A stretch of 64,000 nt of DNA, taken from the NCBI GenBank assembly GCA_913009335.1, contig CAJVXN010000006.1, positions 562 to 64,561 of the forward strand, read 5' to 3'. The position numbers were made by a program, and so were the translations under genes. This document shows, piece by piece, positions 45,402 through 55,158 of this stretch (the stretch's first letter is position 1; each line of letters begins with the position of its first letter). This DNA is from an uncultured bacterium. GTDB taxonomy: Bacteria; Omnitrophota; Gorgyraeia; Ghiorseimicrobiales; Ghiorseimicrobiaceae. The notes below the pieces were generated by a model. The model was given only the letters and a program-made list of their open reading frames with translations. It made no database searches and was not told the DNA's origin.

Positions 45402-45446
45402 TAACTGATAAGTTAGATTAGCGAATAAAATAAAAAGGAGGTAATT

Positions 45447-45752
45447 ATGCGAAAACCGATAGTTTTTTTGTTTCTATTCTTTCTCGCTGTAGCAATTATA
45501 GGATGTAGTACAACTCAAAAAGGCGCTGGCATAGGGGCTGTGGCCGGTGCAGGATTAGGCGCAATCATCGGACACCAATCCGGTCATGCTGGTGAAGGTG
45601 CGTTAATCGGCGGATTAGGCGGTGCGGCGGCAGGAGCATTGATAGGAGAACAAGCCGATTCAAAATTTTGTCCGGTAGACGGAAAGCGATACACAGCCGG
45701 CAAACAATATTGCCCTGAGCACGGAGTAGAATTAAAGAATTTAGAGAAATAA
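45447..45752 (+). CDS. Glycine-zipper lipoprotein with C-terminal zinc-ribbon-like CxxD...CPEH
   Basis: Lipobox AIIGC; GAGIGAVAGAGLGAIIG glycine zipper. Confidence 0.5.
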   Translation: MRKPIVFLFLFFLAVAIIGCSTTQKGAGIGAVAGAGLGAIIGHQSGHAGEGALIGGLGGAAAGALIGEQADSKFCPVDGKRYTAGKQYCPEHGVELKNLEK

Positions 45753-45812
45753 TTTAACTTATGAACCCTGCCCTTCCTAAAGGGCGGGGTAGACCTGGGA
45801 AGGAAGGGCGGG

Positions 45813-46391
45813 GTGAATTTTGCGAACAAAGTTTCGATTTTTCGTATTATAACTATTCCTTTTTTTCTGTCGATAGTTCTATATTATAGCCCTCAAAGAG
45901 ACTTTTTACGCTTTGTAGCTTTGGGGGTTTTCCTTTTAGCTGCCCTCTCTGATTTTATTGATGGATATATTGCCAGAGTAAAGGGTCAAAAAACTAAATT
46001 TGGCTCAATCATTGACCCCTTAGCTGATAAGCTGCTACTAATAACTTCATTTATTTGTTTATACACAAAAAATAATATTCACCCGGAGGCATTGCTTCCT
46101 TTGTGGGTAATATTAACTATTATAAGCCGTGATGTTATTATCTTGCTGGGAGCTATAATAATATATTTGTTGAAACAAGATCTAAATATTAATCCTTCGG
46201 CTTTTGGAAAATTCACTACTTTCTCGCAGATGGGCACCATAATTGCCTTTTTACTCAGGCTGGATTTCGTAAATATTATCTGGAACATCGCGGTCGTTTT
46301 TACGATTATTTCCGGCATTGATTACTTACGCAAAGGTGTATTAATTTTAAATACGATTGATGTTAAAGCTAATCCTAGGAATAATCAGTAG
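45813..46391 (+). CDS. pgsA: CDP-alcohol phosphatidyltransferase (phosphatidylglycerophosphate synthase-like)
   Basis: DFIDGYIARVKGQKTKFGSIIDPLADK. Confidence 0.75.
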   Translation: MNFANKVSIFRIITIPFFLSIVLYYSPQRDFLRFVALGVFLLAALSDFIDGYIARVKGQKTKFGSIIDPLADKLLLITSFICLYTKNNIHPEALLPLWVILTIISRDVIILLGAIIIYLLKQDLNINPSAFGKFTTFSQMGTIIAFLLRLDFVNIIWNIAVVFTIISGIDYLRKGVLILNTIDVKANPRNNQ

Positions 46392-47040
46392 TTATCTTAT
46401 TGGCGCTATTCCTTTTGCTTATTTATTTGGTAGAATCTGTAAAGGAATCGATATTCGTAAATATGGTTCCGGAAATGTGGGTGCGACAAATGCCTTCCGT
46501 GTCCTAGGCCCTATCTTGGGTATTGCCGCCTTATTGTGCGATATTAGTAAAGGTTTCATCTGTCCTACTTTAATCGCCAATTACGCCGTAAACACCATAG
46601 ATTCCTCTTGGGTCTTAAGTTTTCGTATTTTATTAGGTGTATCTGCGGTGTGTGGTCATAATTGGACCCTCTTTTTACGCTTTAAAGGAGGCAAGGGGGT
46701 TGCCACAAGTCTGGGAGTCATTATTGGCCTGGCAATTATCATAGCACCCTTAAGAATAATTATACTCTTAACTCTTGTTTCCTGGGTACTTATCTTTCTA
46801 GGCACGGGTTTTGTTTCTCTTGCTTCGATTAGTGCTGCATGTTTATTCCCCATCCTTAACATAACTTTCAACACCCCAAAAGAATTACTTGCTTTGAGTC
46901 TGGGATTATGTCTATTTATAATCTTAAGGCATAAGTCTAATATTTACAGATTGTTACACAAGCAAGAGAGTCGATTTTACCCCTTAAAATCCCTTAAAAC
47001 CCGCTTATTAGCCGGATGGCGATGGTTTGGCAACCTATAG
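46357..47040 (+). CDS. plsY: Glycerol-3-phosphate acyltransferase PlsY
   Basis: IGAIPFAYLFG...YGSGNVGATNAFRVLG. Confidence 0.85.
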   Translation: MMLKLILGIISSYLIGAIPFAYLFGRICKGIDIRKYGSGNVGATNAFRVLGPILGIAALLCDISKGFICPTLIANYAVNTIDSSWVLSFRILLGVSAVCGHNWTLFLRFKGGKGVATSLGVIIGLAIIIAPLRIIILLTLVSWVLIFLGTGFVSLASISAACLFPILNITFNTPKELLALSLGLCLFIILRHKSNIYRLLHKQESRFYPLKSLKTRLLAGWRWFGNL

Positions 47041-47042
47041 CC

Positions 47043-47140
47043 AAAGCCATTAAGTTAGCGGACAATGGTTTGGCTTCCGATAGACAAAGCTATTAAGTCA
47101 GCGGACAATGGTTTGGCTTCCGATAGACAAAGCCATTTAA
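47043..47140. repeat. ~43-bp tandem repeat, ~2.3 copies (AAAGCYATTAAGTYAGCGGACAATGGTTTGGCTTCCGATAGAC), beginning in the plsY 3' end
   Basis: Direct tandem copies visible at 47043-47085 and 47086-47128, with a partial third copy. Confidence 0.7.
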
Positions 47141-47372
47141 AGGTTAATTTACCTTTTTAATCATTATCTTATCTATCCCCTTAAGGCATGTCTACTAGGA
47201 AGAGTAAGCTGAAAGCGCTTTCATAATACTCCTTAATACGGTTGAATACTCATTCTCACATGTTATACTTCTAAAGGAAACAAAAATAATACCCCACCAG
47301 CCATGGAGGTATATGGTCGGGCCGGTCACGTGTTTATAGGCACAGCCCGGCCTTACATTTACGGAGAAAACA

Positions 47373-47699
47373 ATGCGAGATTTAGTATTTAAAAATTTAA
47401 CTTCTAATCAAAAGGGTAGAAAGATCATGTCTACTTCCGAGGTGATAGAACGTGACGGGATTATCACGAAAGTTAGAAGAAATTTTGTCTACATTGTAAA
47501 AAATGCAAAAGATGCAAAAAAGGAAAATGTACAGCCTCACTTATACGTATTAAAACGTAAAGATTCGCTAACGCAAAATGAAAAATTCCTTTGTCGCATC
47601 AAAGGAAGCCTTTATACAGTGAATAATGATAAGTTGTTCTTTGTGGTGTTTTCTCATTCGCTCTCAATAAATCTTACACCCGCTGTACATAAAAAATAA
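47373..47699 (+). CDS. Hypothetical protein
   Basis: ORF only; no recognisable motif. Confidence 0.25.
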   Translation: MRDLVFKNLTSNQKGRKIMSTSEVIERDGIITKVRRNFVYIVKNAKDAKKENVQPHLYVLKRKDSLTQNEKFLCRIKGSLYTVNNDKLFFVVFSHSLSINLTPAVHKK

Positions 47700-47828
47700 A
47701 TAGTGGATTATTTTTTACACCAGCTGAAAGTAAAGATGAACTTTTGGCTGTTTTTTATCAAACCCACCTCTAAGTTAATCCCCTAATTCTAGTTGCCCAC
47801 GAAATTTAATTATGCTATTATATGACTT

Positions 47829-48938
47829 ATGTCAAAAAGAGTATTGCTTGCTTATATTTCAGATATTTCCGGACATAGAAGCGCTGCCTTAGCGGTGGAG
47901 CATGCTCTTCATATCCTTAGTCCGTCTACAGAGATTCTTAGTATTAATCTTTTCAATTACACTAACCCTTATTCAGAAAAAGTCATAAATCATCTTTATA
48001 CGAACGTTATCAAAACTATGCCTAAGATTTGGGAATATCTGTATGACAACCCAAAGGTTATAAAAAAAACGAATTCCGTTAAAAATATTATCCATAAATT
48101 TAATTCGAAAAAGATCGCAAAGCTTTTTAATAAATTTAATCCTAGCATCATTGCTTGCACACAAGCATTTCCTTGCGGCATGTTCGCCGACTTTAAAAAA
48201 ATTTACCATCTTACTACTCCATTAGTAGGAATTGTTACGGATTTTTTTCCTCATACCTACTGGGCATACGAAACTGTCAATTATTATACGGTTGCAAGTC
48301 AAGAAGCGCAGAAAAGGCTTAAAGAGCAAGGCGTAACCGATAGCAGGATAAAATTAACCGGCATTCCGGTTGAACCTAAATTTGCTCAAAGGCTCAACCG
48401 GCAAGACATAGCTAAAAAACTAAATCTCGATAAGTCAATTCCTACTGTTTTAGTTATGGGGGGAGGGCAGGGGCTGGGACCTATTAAAACCATACTTCGA
48501 TCGCTAAATCGACTAAGAATCAATTTGCAGTTAATTGTGGTTTGCGGAACAAATAAAAAACTATATAAGAGTCTGCTGCGAAAGCGTTTTTCAAAAAAAA
48601 CGGTCATATTAAAATACGTTGGCAATATTGATGAATTAATGGAAATATCTTCTATAGTTGTAACAAAACCGGGGGGACTTACTATTTCTGAAGCTTTAAT
48701 AAAAGAACTTATTCCTGTCATTGTAAAGCCAATACCGGGACAAGAGGAAAACAATACTAAATACCTAACGAACCAAAACGCTGCTTTTAGAATTAAAAAA
48801 ACAAAGGAAGTTTCCTTGATCATCGAGCGCCTAATCTTAAATCCGCGAAAATTTATCACCATACAAAACAACGTAAAAACAATTGCTAAGCCAAACGCAG
48901 CAATGGACATCGCCAAGCTCATCTTAAATAATGCTTAA
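47829..48938 (+). CDS. Monogalactosyl/glucosyl-diacylglycerol synthase-like glycosyltransferase (GT28)
   Basis: N-terminal MGDG-synthase-like GHRSAA; C-terminal VMGGGQGLGP...KPGGLTISE. Confidence 0.7.
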   Translation: MSKRVLLAYISDISGHRSAALAVEHALHILSPSTEILSINLFNYTNPYSEKVINHLYTNVIKTMPKIWEYLYDNPKVIKKTNSVKNIIHKFNSKKIAKLFNKFNPSIIACTQAFPCGMFADFKKIYHLTTPLVGIVTDFFPHTYWAYETVNYYTVASQEAQKRLKEQGVTDSRIKLTGIPVEPKFAQRLNRQDIAKKLNLDKSIPTVLVMGGGQGLGPIKTILRSLNRLRINLQLIVVCGTNKKLYKSLLRKRFSKKTVILKYVGNIDELMEISSIVVTKPGGLTISEALIKELIPVIVKPIPGQEENNTKYLTNQNAAFRIKKTKEVSLIIERLILNPRKFITIQNNVKTIAKPNAAMDIAKLILNNA

Positions 48939-49809
48939 GTTTCTACTTTATAAACTGGGACATTTTATATCGGTTAAACTATCAAAGAAAAATGCGTATC
49001 GCCTTGCGATTTTCCTGGCTGATATACACTGCTTGATTTCGAAAAGAGATAGAGACGCCATCACAGCTAACCTTAAAATTATTACGCCTGTTGCTGATAG
49101 AAAAATGATTGCGGTATATAGAAAAAATATATTTCGAAATTTCGCTAAATACATGGTTGATTTTTTTAGGTTTTCTATTATCCAAAAGGCTGATATCGAA
49201 AATGATATTGAATTTTCAGGTCTTGACATTGTTGATTCCGCGCTTAAAAAATCAAAAGGTGTAATTGTGCTCACTGCTCATATCGCTAATTGGGAACTTG
49301 GCGGAATTGCCATGGCCTTACTGGGCTATCCTATTGTTTGTGTCGCGCTAACGCACCGCAATAAAAAAATAAATGATTTTTTTATTAAACAACGGGAAAA
49401 TAAAGGATTTAGTGTTATTCCTTTAGGCAATGCCGCATTTAGATCTTTGCAGGCATTAAAAAAAAATAAAGTTCTCGCTCTTGCCGGAGATCGTGACTTT
49501 ACTCAGTCAGGCATTGTAATAGATTTTTTTGGCAAGCCCACAATTATTCCAAAGGGGCCGGCAGCATTCTCGCTTAAAACAGGATCACCGCTTTTAATCG
49601 GTATATTATCGCGTAAGCCTAACGATAAATTTAGTTTTGTATACGAGGGTCCTATTACTATTGATGCTAGTGGTGACGAAGAAAAAGACATTATCGCGCT
49701 AAGTAAAAAATTTGTTGCGGTTTTTGAGCGCTATATTAGAAAAAATCCGGACCAGTGGCTGATGTTTAGAAGATTCTGGGAGCCCGTGGAAAAAGATGCC
49801 TGCGAATAA
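48931..49809 (+). CDS. Lysophospholipid/lipid A acyltransferase family (HtrB/LpxL-like)
   Basis: LTAHIANWELGG, LAGDRDF. Confidence 0.65.
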   Translation: MLKFLLYKLGHFISVKLSKKNAYRLAIFLADIHCLISKRDRDAITANLKIITPVADRKMIAVYRKNIFRNFAKYMVDFFRFSIIQKADIENDIEFSGLDIVDSALKKSKGVIVLTAHIANWELGGIAMALLGYPIVCVALTHRNKKINDFFIKQRENKGFSVIPLGNAAFRSLQALKKNKVLALAGDRDFTQSGIVIDFFGKPTIIPKGPAAFSLKTGSPLLIGILSRKPNDKFSFVYEGPITIDASGDEEKDIIALSKKFVAVFERYIRKNPDQWLMFRRFWEPVEKDACE

Positions 49810-49835
49810 GGTAAAAGTAGATTAAAATATCAATA

Positions 49836-50504
49836 ATGGATAATAATAAGATTTGTATAATTATACCTGCGTATAACGAAGAAAAAATTATCGCTTCCGT
49901 GCTTAAAAAAGTAAAAGCCTTAAATATGGATGTGTTAGTGGTTGATGATGGATCAACTGATTCCACTGTAGAGCTTGCCAGGAAAAATGGCGCGATGGTA
50001 TTAGAAAATAAACAAAATCAAGGTAAAGGCGCAGCATTAAAAAAAGGGTTTGATCATGTTTTGAGATCCGATTATCATGCCGTCATTACCATGGATGGTG
50101 ATGGGCAGCATGATCCTGTATCCATTAAAGAATTTATCAACAAGCAACAAAAAACCAATGCCGATATTGTAATCGGCAACCGTATGCGTAATACCGAAAA
50201 TATGCCTTTAATTAGAATAATAACTAACCGGTTTATGTCCTGGATAATTTCCCGCGCATCTAAGCAGCGTATTCCTGACACCCAATGTGGCTTTAGATTA
50301 ATTAAACGAAAAATATTGGAAAATATAACTCTCATAGCTTCTAGGTATGACATGGAATCGGAAATTTTAATTAAATCAGCAAAAAAAGGCTATAAGATTG
50401 AATCTGTTCCAATTGAGGCGATATATAGAGGGGAGCGAAGTAAAATACACCCCGTGTTAGATACGTTGCGTTTTATCAAAACTTATCTTAGGTTGCTTTT
50501 ATAG
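49836..50504 (+). CDS. Family 2 glycosyltransferase (polyprenyl-phosphate glycosyltransferase-like)
   Basis: IIIPAYNEE, VVDDGSTDST, TMDGDGQHDP. Confidence 0.75.
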   Translation: MDNNKICIIIPAYNEEKIIASVLKKVKALNMDVLVVDDGSTDSTVELARKNGAMVLENKQNQGKGAALKKGFDHVLRSDYHAVITMDGDGQHDPVSIKEFINKQQKTNADIVIGNRMRNTENMPLIRIITNRFMSWIISRASKQRIPDTQCGFRLIKRKILENITLIASRYDMESEILIKSAKKGYKIESVPIEAIYRGERSKIHPVLDTLRFIKTYLRLLL

Positions 50505-50507
50505 AAA

Positions 50508-51158
50508 ATGAATTTTGCTAAAATGCGTCAATTAATGATAAACCGGCAAATTATCTCACGCAATATACGTGATCAGAGAGTAATTTCTGTAATGGGTTAT
50601 ATGCCACGGCATAAATTTGTTCCGGATAAACTTCAAAAAGATAGTTACGCTGATTACCCATTGCCGATTGATAATAATCAAACTATATCCCAGCCTTATA
50701 TCGTCGCGTTAATGACAGAAAATTTGAGCCTAAGCTCACAAGATAGGGTTTTAGAAGTCGGCACCGGCTCTGGATACCAGACGGCAATTTTATCTAAATT
50801 ATGCGCGCATGTATACACTATCGAACGCATAGAGACACTACTTAAAAAATCTAAAGATATATTTAGGGAGCTAAATATTACGAATATTTCCACTAAGCTT
50901 TCTGACGGTTCCTTGGGATGGGAAGAATTTGCGCCCTTTGATGCGATAATAGTTACTGCTGCCGCAGTCAATATTCCACCTCTCCTAATCGAGCAATTAC
51001 AAATTAACGGCAGACTTATTATTCCCTTAGGCTCAGGATTCGGACAAATCTTAACCTTATCAATAAAGAAGAGTGATGGGTTAGACGAGCATCACATTTG
51101 TGGATGTTCTTTTGTGCCGTTAATTGAAAAGGAAGGAATAGAAAGGACTAAACCTTAA
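50508..51158 (+). CDS. pcm: Protein-L-isoaspartate O-methyltransferase
   Basis: QTISQPYIVALM, LEVGTGSGYQTA. Confidence 0.85.
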   Translation: MNFAKMRQLMINRQIISRNIRDQRVISVMGYMPRHKFVPDKLQKDSYADYPLPIDNNQTISQPYIVALMTENLSLSSQDRVLEVGTGSGYQTAILSKLCAHVYTIERIETLLKKSKDIFRELNITNISTKLSDGSLGWEEFAPFDAIIVTAAAVNIPPLLIEQLQINGRLIIPLGSGFGQILTLSIKKSDGLDEHHICGCSFVPLIEKEGIERTKP

Positions 51159-51162
51159 AAAG

Positions 51163-51750
51163 ATGTTTAAAAACTTCATTAGTTGGATATTACCTTACGG
51201 TATGCCCGGATTATTTATTATGAGCTTTGCGGAAAGTTCTTTTTTCCCTATACCCCCTGATATTTTATTAATTGCGTTGGCGGTAATTAATCCAAAAGCT
51301 GCGTTATTTTTAGCGATGATTACAACAATCGGTTCTGTTCTTGGAGCAATATTCGGCTATTTTTTAGGTTTAAAGGGCGGACGTCCGATATTACGAAAAT
51401 TTGTATCATCAGAAAAAATTGCTTTAGTTGAAGATTATTACAAAAAATATGATGTCTGGGCTGTAGGAATTGCCGGTTTTACACCTATACCATATAAAAT
51501 ATTTACCATATCGGCAGGGGCCTTTTCGTTGGATTTTACGCGCTTTCTAGTTGTCTCAATTATTTCCCGGGGCGCTAGGTTTTTTCTTGTGGGAGGGGTA
51601 ATATATATATATGGAGAAAACATTAGCCGGCTAATCGAAAAATACGCCAACATTATCTCAATAGGCTTTGTTGTATTACTCATTGGTGGATTCTATCTAG
51701 TCAAAAAATTAGCAGATCATCATAAGCAAAAAGCAAAAAATACATCTTGA
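51163..51750 (+). CDS. DedA/YqaA-family membrane protein
   Basis: GYFLGLKGGRPILRKF and TM topology. Confidence 0.65.
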   Translation: MFKNFISWILPYGMPGLFIMSFAESSFFPIPPDILLIALAVINPKAALFLAMITTIGSVLGAIFGYFLGLKGGRPILRKFVSSEKIALVEDYYKKYDVWAVGIAGFTPIPYKIFTISAGAFSLDFTRFLVVSIISRGARFFLVGGVIYIYGENISRLIEKYANIISIGFVVLLIGGFYLVKKLADHHKQKAKNTS

Positions 51751-51794
51751 CCTTTTTTGTTTAAGATAATACAATATGGTTATTACAGGTTCTA

Positions 51795-52043
51795 AGAATA
51801 AGATTAAAACGGGAAGCGCCTGAAATTGGCGTACGGTCCCGCCGCTGTAACCGGTAGCGAAAATCTATATAGACGCCACTGCCTGATCAAATCAGGCGGG
51901 AAGGCAAGATGAGTAGAGAGCCGGAAGTCAGAAGACCTGCCTGTAAAATTGCGTAGAGAAGCAAAGATAAATCTACGCCCTCGTGGATAGGGATTAAAAA
52001 AAGCTGGGTGCAATCCCTTTGATGTTTATCAAAGGGATTTTTT
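51795..52043 (+). promoter_or_regulatory. Cobalamin (AdoCbl) riboswitch with terminator expression platform
   Basis: GGGAAGCGCCTGAAATTGGCG...GCTGTAACC...B12-box GCCACTG at 51874-51880. Terminator ATCCCTTTGAT-GTTT-ATCAAAGGGAT plus T7 at 52011-52043, immediately before cobC. Confidence 0.75.
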
Positions 52044-52044
52044 T

Positions 52045-52638
52045 ATGACAACAAAAATATTTTTAATCAGGCACGCTCAAACACTTCTTACTAACGAACA
52101 TAAGTATTGCGGGAGATTAAATCCATCATTGGCAGAAGATGGCCGTCTTCTTGCGCGATCATTATCCGGATATTTTGCAAAGCAAGCGATAGACTGCATA
52201 TATTCCTCTCCTGCTAAGCGAGCCGCAGAGACTGTCAAAATAATATTTAGACATAGCAGTGCTATTAAAACTAGAGACGAACTAAATGAAATAAACTTTG
52301 GAGAATGGGAGGGCCTGAAATATAAGCAGGTAATGACGAAATACGCGCGCCTATATTCGGATTGGATCAAGGATCCTTACCGCGTAAACATTCCCGGCGG
52401 TGAATCTCTCATAGTGGTAAAAAAACGAGCAGTGTCATTTCTTAATTACATATTAAGCAACCATGGGGGTAAAAATATTGCGATTGTTACACATTTTGGA
52501 CCAATCAGGTTAATCTTAAGTCATGTTTTAGGCGATAAAAAAATTGATTTCTGGAGTAGAAAAATTAATCCCTGCAGCGTTAACATAATAGAATATAAAG
52601 AGAATAATTTTTTAACCCATCAAGTTGTCATTAATTAG
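52045..52638 (+). CDS. cobC: Alpha-ribazole phosphatase (histidine phosphatase family)
   Basis: IFLIRHAQT...; RHG-type phosphatase fold; B12 operon context. Confidence 0.7.
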   Translation: MTTKIFLIRHAQTLLTNEHKYCGRLNPSLAEDGRLLARSLSGYFAKQAIDCIYSSPAKRAAETVKIIFRHSSAIKTRDELNEINFGEWEGLKYKQVMTKYARLYSDWIKDPYRVNIPGGESLIVVKKRAVSFLNYILSNHGGKNIAIVTHFGPIRLILSHVLGDKKIDFWSRKINPCSVNIIEYKENNFLTHQVVIN

Positions 52639-52680
52639 CTTTTAATGGTGTAAAAAATATACCCTTACGGGTAAAGGTAA

Positions 52681-52734
52681 GATCTCACCTTTAAAGGCAT
52701 CAGGAAGGTCTATCCTTTTTGGATAAAACATTTT
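52681..52734. repeat. REP-like hairpin element (…CACCTTTAAAGGCATCAGGAAGGTCTATCCTTTTGGATAAAAC)
   Basis: Family match to 13091, 17779 and 31578. Confidence 0.5.
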
Positions 52735-52769
52735 CCTAACCACTGAAACCTCACGAAGTTTATTGAAAC

Positions 52770-53300
52770 ATGAAAAATAAAAAACAGACAATATTTATTA
52801 CCGGATCTGCGCGAAGCGGAAAAAGTAACTTTGCTCTAGAATTAGCAAGTTCCCTAGGCCGCGATATTATTTTTATTGCTACCTGCGGCATACGTAATGA
52901 TCCTGAAATGCGCGCGCGTATAGAAAAACACAAGTCCGCGCGCCCTATGCATTGGAAGACTGTTGAAGAAGAAGTAGATTTAATAAATGCAATAAAAACG
53001 GCAGATAATACAACAGATGCTATAATCGTTGATTGCCTTACTTTATGGGCATCTAATCTACTGGAGCTTTCTAAAACTGAGGACGAAATTATACAGATTG
53101 CCGAAGACACTATTCGCGCAGCGAATAAAATTAATTCCTCGGTAATTTTTATATCTAACGAGGTTGGTTGGGGCATTGTTCCGGAGAATAAAATGGCACG
53201 CGATTTTCGTGATATTATCGGACGTACCAATCAGGTTTTCGCAAAATTTGCCAGTGTCGCATACCTGGTTACATCGGGGATACCCTTAAAACTAAAATAA
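52770..53300 (+). CDS. cobU: Adenosylcobinamide kinase/adenosylcobinamide-phosphate guanylyltransferase
   Basis: IFITGSARSGKSNFA. Confidence 0.85.
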   Translation: MKNKKQTIFITGSARSGKSNFALELASSLGRDIIFIATCGIRNDPEMRARIEKHKSARPMHWKTVEEEVDLINAIKTADNTTDAIIVDCLTLWASNLLELSKTEDEIIQIAEDTIRAANKINSSVIFISNEVGWGIVPENKMARDFRDIIGRTNQVFAKFASVAYLVTSGIPLKLK

Positions 53301-53350
53301 CTATTTCTTTCTTTATATTAAGAATTTAAATTGAGAACGGGAAGGTAAAG

Positions 53351-54412
53351 ATGGATAAAATGCAAATTACAATAGATAGAATTGCTGATATTGATAAAGA
53401 TATCATGCGGAAAACACAAGAAAGACTTGATTTATTAACTAAACCCCAGGGCTCATTAGGCAGGTTAGAGGAATTAGCCAAGACTGTTACTGGAATAACC
53501 GCGAATGAAAACCCTTCACTTAAAAATAAGGTTATATTCACACTTGCCGCAGATCACGGCGTTGCTGAAGAAGGAGTAAGCGCATTCCCTCAAGAGGTAA
53601 CTCTACAGATGGTTTATAATTTTCTAAACGGTGGAGCCGGTATTAATGTATTAGCTAAACATATAGGAGCAAAAGTAGTGGTTGTAGATATGGGTGTCGC
53701 CGAGGAAATCAAAATTGATGAGTCGGATAATTTTAAAAATAAGAAGGTCGCCCTAGGGACGAAAAACATGACAAAGGGCCCGGCGATGTCAAGGGATGAG
53801 GCAATAAAATCAATAGAATGCGGTATTGAATTAGTTGAGGAGGAGTTAAAAGTTGGTTTGGATATTGTAGGTATTGGTGAGATGGGTATTGGAAATACAA
53901 CGGCAGCATCAGCTATTAGCTGTACTATAACTAAAAAAAACATCGTTTCACTAACCGGAAGAGGCACTGGCATCAATGATGCAGCACTTAGAACCAAGCA
54001 AGAAGTTATCCAAAAAGCTCTCTTGATTAATAAGCCTAATAATAGAGACGGTCTTGATATTCTATCAAAAGTAGGTGGTTTTGAAATTGGCGGATTATGC
54101 GGCATAATACTTGGGGCGAGTGCCAATAAAATTCCGGTAGTAATTGACGGATTTATTTCAACCTCAGCTGCATTGATTGCATCTATTATGGAGCCAAAAA
54201 CTCTTTCCTACATGATTGCCGCCCATTCATCAGTTGAACCGGGACACCAAATCATATTAAATCATTTAGGCTTAAAACCATTACTAGATCTTGATTTACG
54301 CTTAGGGGAAGGAACCGGAGCAGCATTGGGCATCGGTCTTATTGAATCTGGAATAAAAATCCTTAAAGAAATGGCTACATTTAAAGAATCCGGGGTAACA
54401 GAAGAAAAATAA
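53351..54412 (+). CDS. cobT: Nicotinate-nucleotide--dimethylbenzimidazole phosphoribosyltransferase
   Basis: LTKPQGSLGRLEELA; GIGEMGIGNTT. Confidence 0.85.
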   Translation: MDKMQITIDRIADIDKDIMRKTQERLDLLTKPQGSLGRLEELAKTVTGITANENPSLKNKVIFTLAADHGVAEEGVSAFPQEVTLQMVYNFLNGGAGINVLAKHIGAKVVVVDMGVAEEIKIDESDNFKNKKVALGTKNMTKGPAMSRDEAIKSIECGIELVEEELKVGLDIVGIGEMGIGNTTAASAISCTITKKNIVSLTGRGTGINDAALRTKQEVIQKALLINKPNNRDGLDILSKVGGFEIGGLCGIILGASANKIPVVIDGFISTSAALIASIMEPKTLSYMIAAHSSVEPGHQIILNHLGLKPLLDLDLRLGEGTGAALGIGLIESGIKILKEMATFKESGVTEEK

Positions 54413-55155
54413 TGATTAAACGTTTTTTACTCGCTATTCAGTTTTTAACTATTTTTCCTATAAAGGTTAAAAACGTCAGTGATGAGCAGATTGGTTCATC
54501 TTCGATGTTTTTTCCTGCCATCGGAGTATTGATAAGTCTTGTTTTATTCTTTCTGTATGCATTGATTCTAAATTTGCATTTTGATCCTTATCTTAATAGC
54601 GCAATTATTACCATAACCCTTATTGTAATTACCGGCGGCCTGCATCTAGATGGCGTTGCTGATACTTTCGATGCCATAGCCAGCAATAAAGACAGAGAAG
54701 CCTCTCTTGCAGTAATGCGGGATTCATCGACCGGCGCAATAGGAGTATTAGCATTAATAAGTATTATTATTTTAAAGATATTGCTGCTTGCTGAAGTTTC
54801 ACCATCTAATATGCTCGCAGCACTTTTATTTATGTTGGTATTTAGTCGTTTCTCGCAGGTATTATCGCTCAAGATGTTTAAATATATTCGCGAGGAAGGA
54901 AAAGCAAAACTACTTTTTACAGGAACAACTTACCCAGTCTTTATTATTGCGGCAATATCAGCATTACTATTTACAACTTTCTTTAATTGGCCCAATGCGC
55001 TTTATATTTTTATAATTATTTTATCTTTAACACTTATTTTTAATAAGCTGATAAGTGTTAAATTTGGCGCCTTAACAGGCGATACAATAGGCGCGGTAAG
55101 CGAAATAAACGAAGTGATTGTTTTATTTATTTTTATTTTAATCCAAAGGTTTTAA
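54412..55155 (+). CDS. cobS: Adenosylcobinamide-GDP ribazoletransferase (cobalamin synthase)
   Basis: GGLHLDGVADTFDA and multiple TM helices. Confidence 0.85.
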   Translation: MIKRFLLAIQFLTIFPIKVKNVSDEQIGSSSMFFPAIGVLISLVLFFLYALILNLHFDPYLNSAIITITLIVITGGLHLDGVADTFDAIASNKDREASLAVMRDSSTGAIGVLALISIIILKILLLAEVSPSNMLAALLFMLVFSRFSQVLSLKMFKYIREEGKAKLLFTGTTYPVFIIAAISALLFTTFFNWPNALYIFIIILSLTLIFNKLISVKFGALTGDTIGAVSEINEVIVLFIFILIQRF

Positions 55156-55158
55156 CTA

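Noticed and set aside
47043-47140. Possible CRISPR array
   Set aside because: Only ~2.3 directly abutting copies of a 43-bp unit with no spacers and no cas genes. This is a simple tandem repeat, not a CRISPR array.
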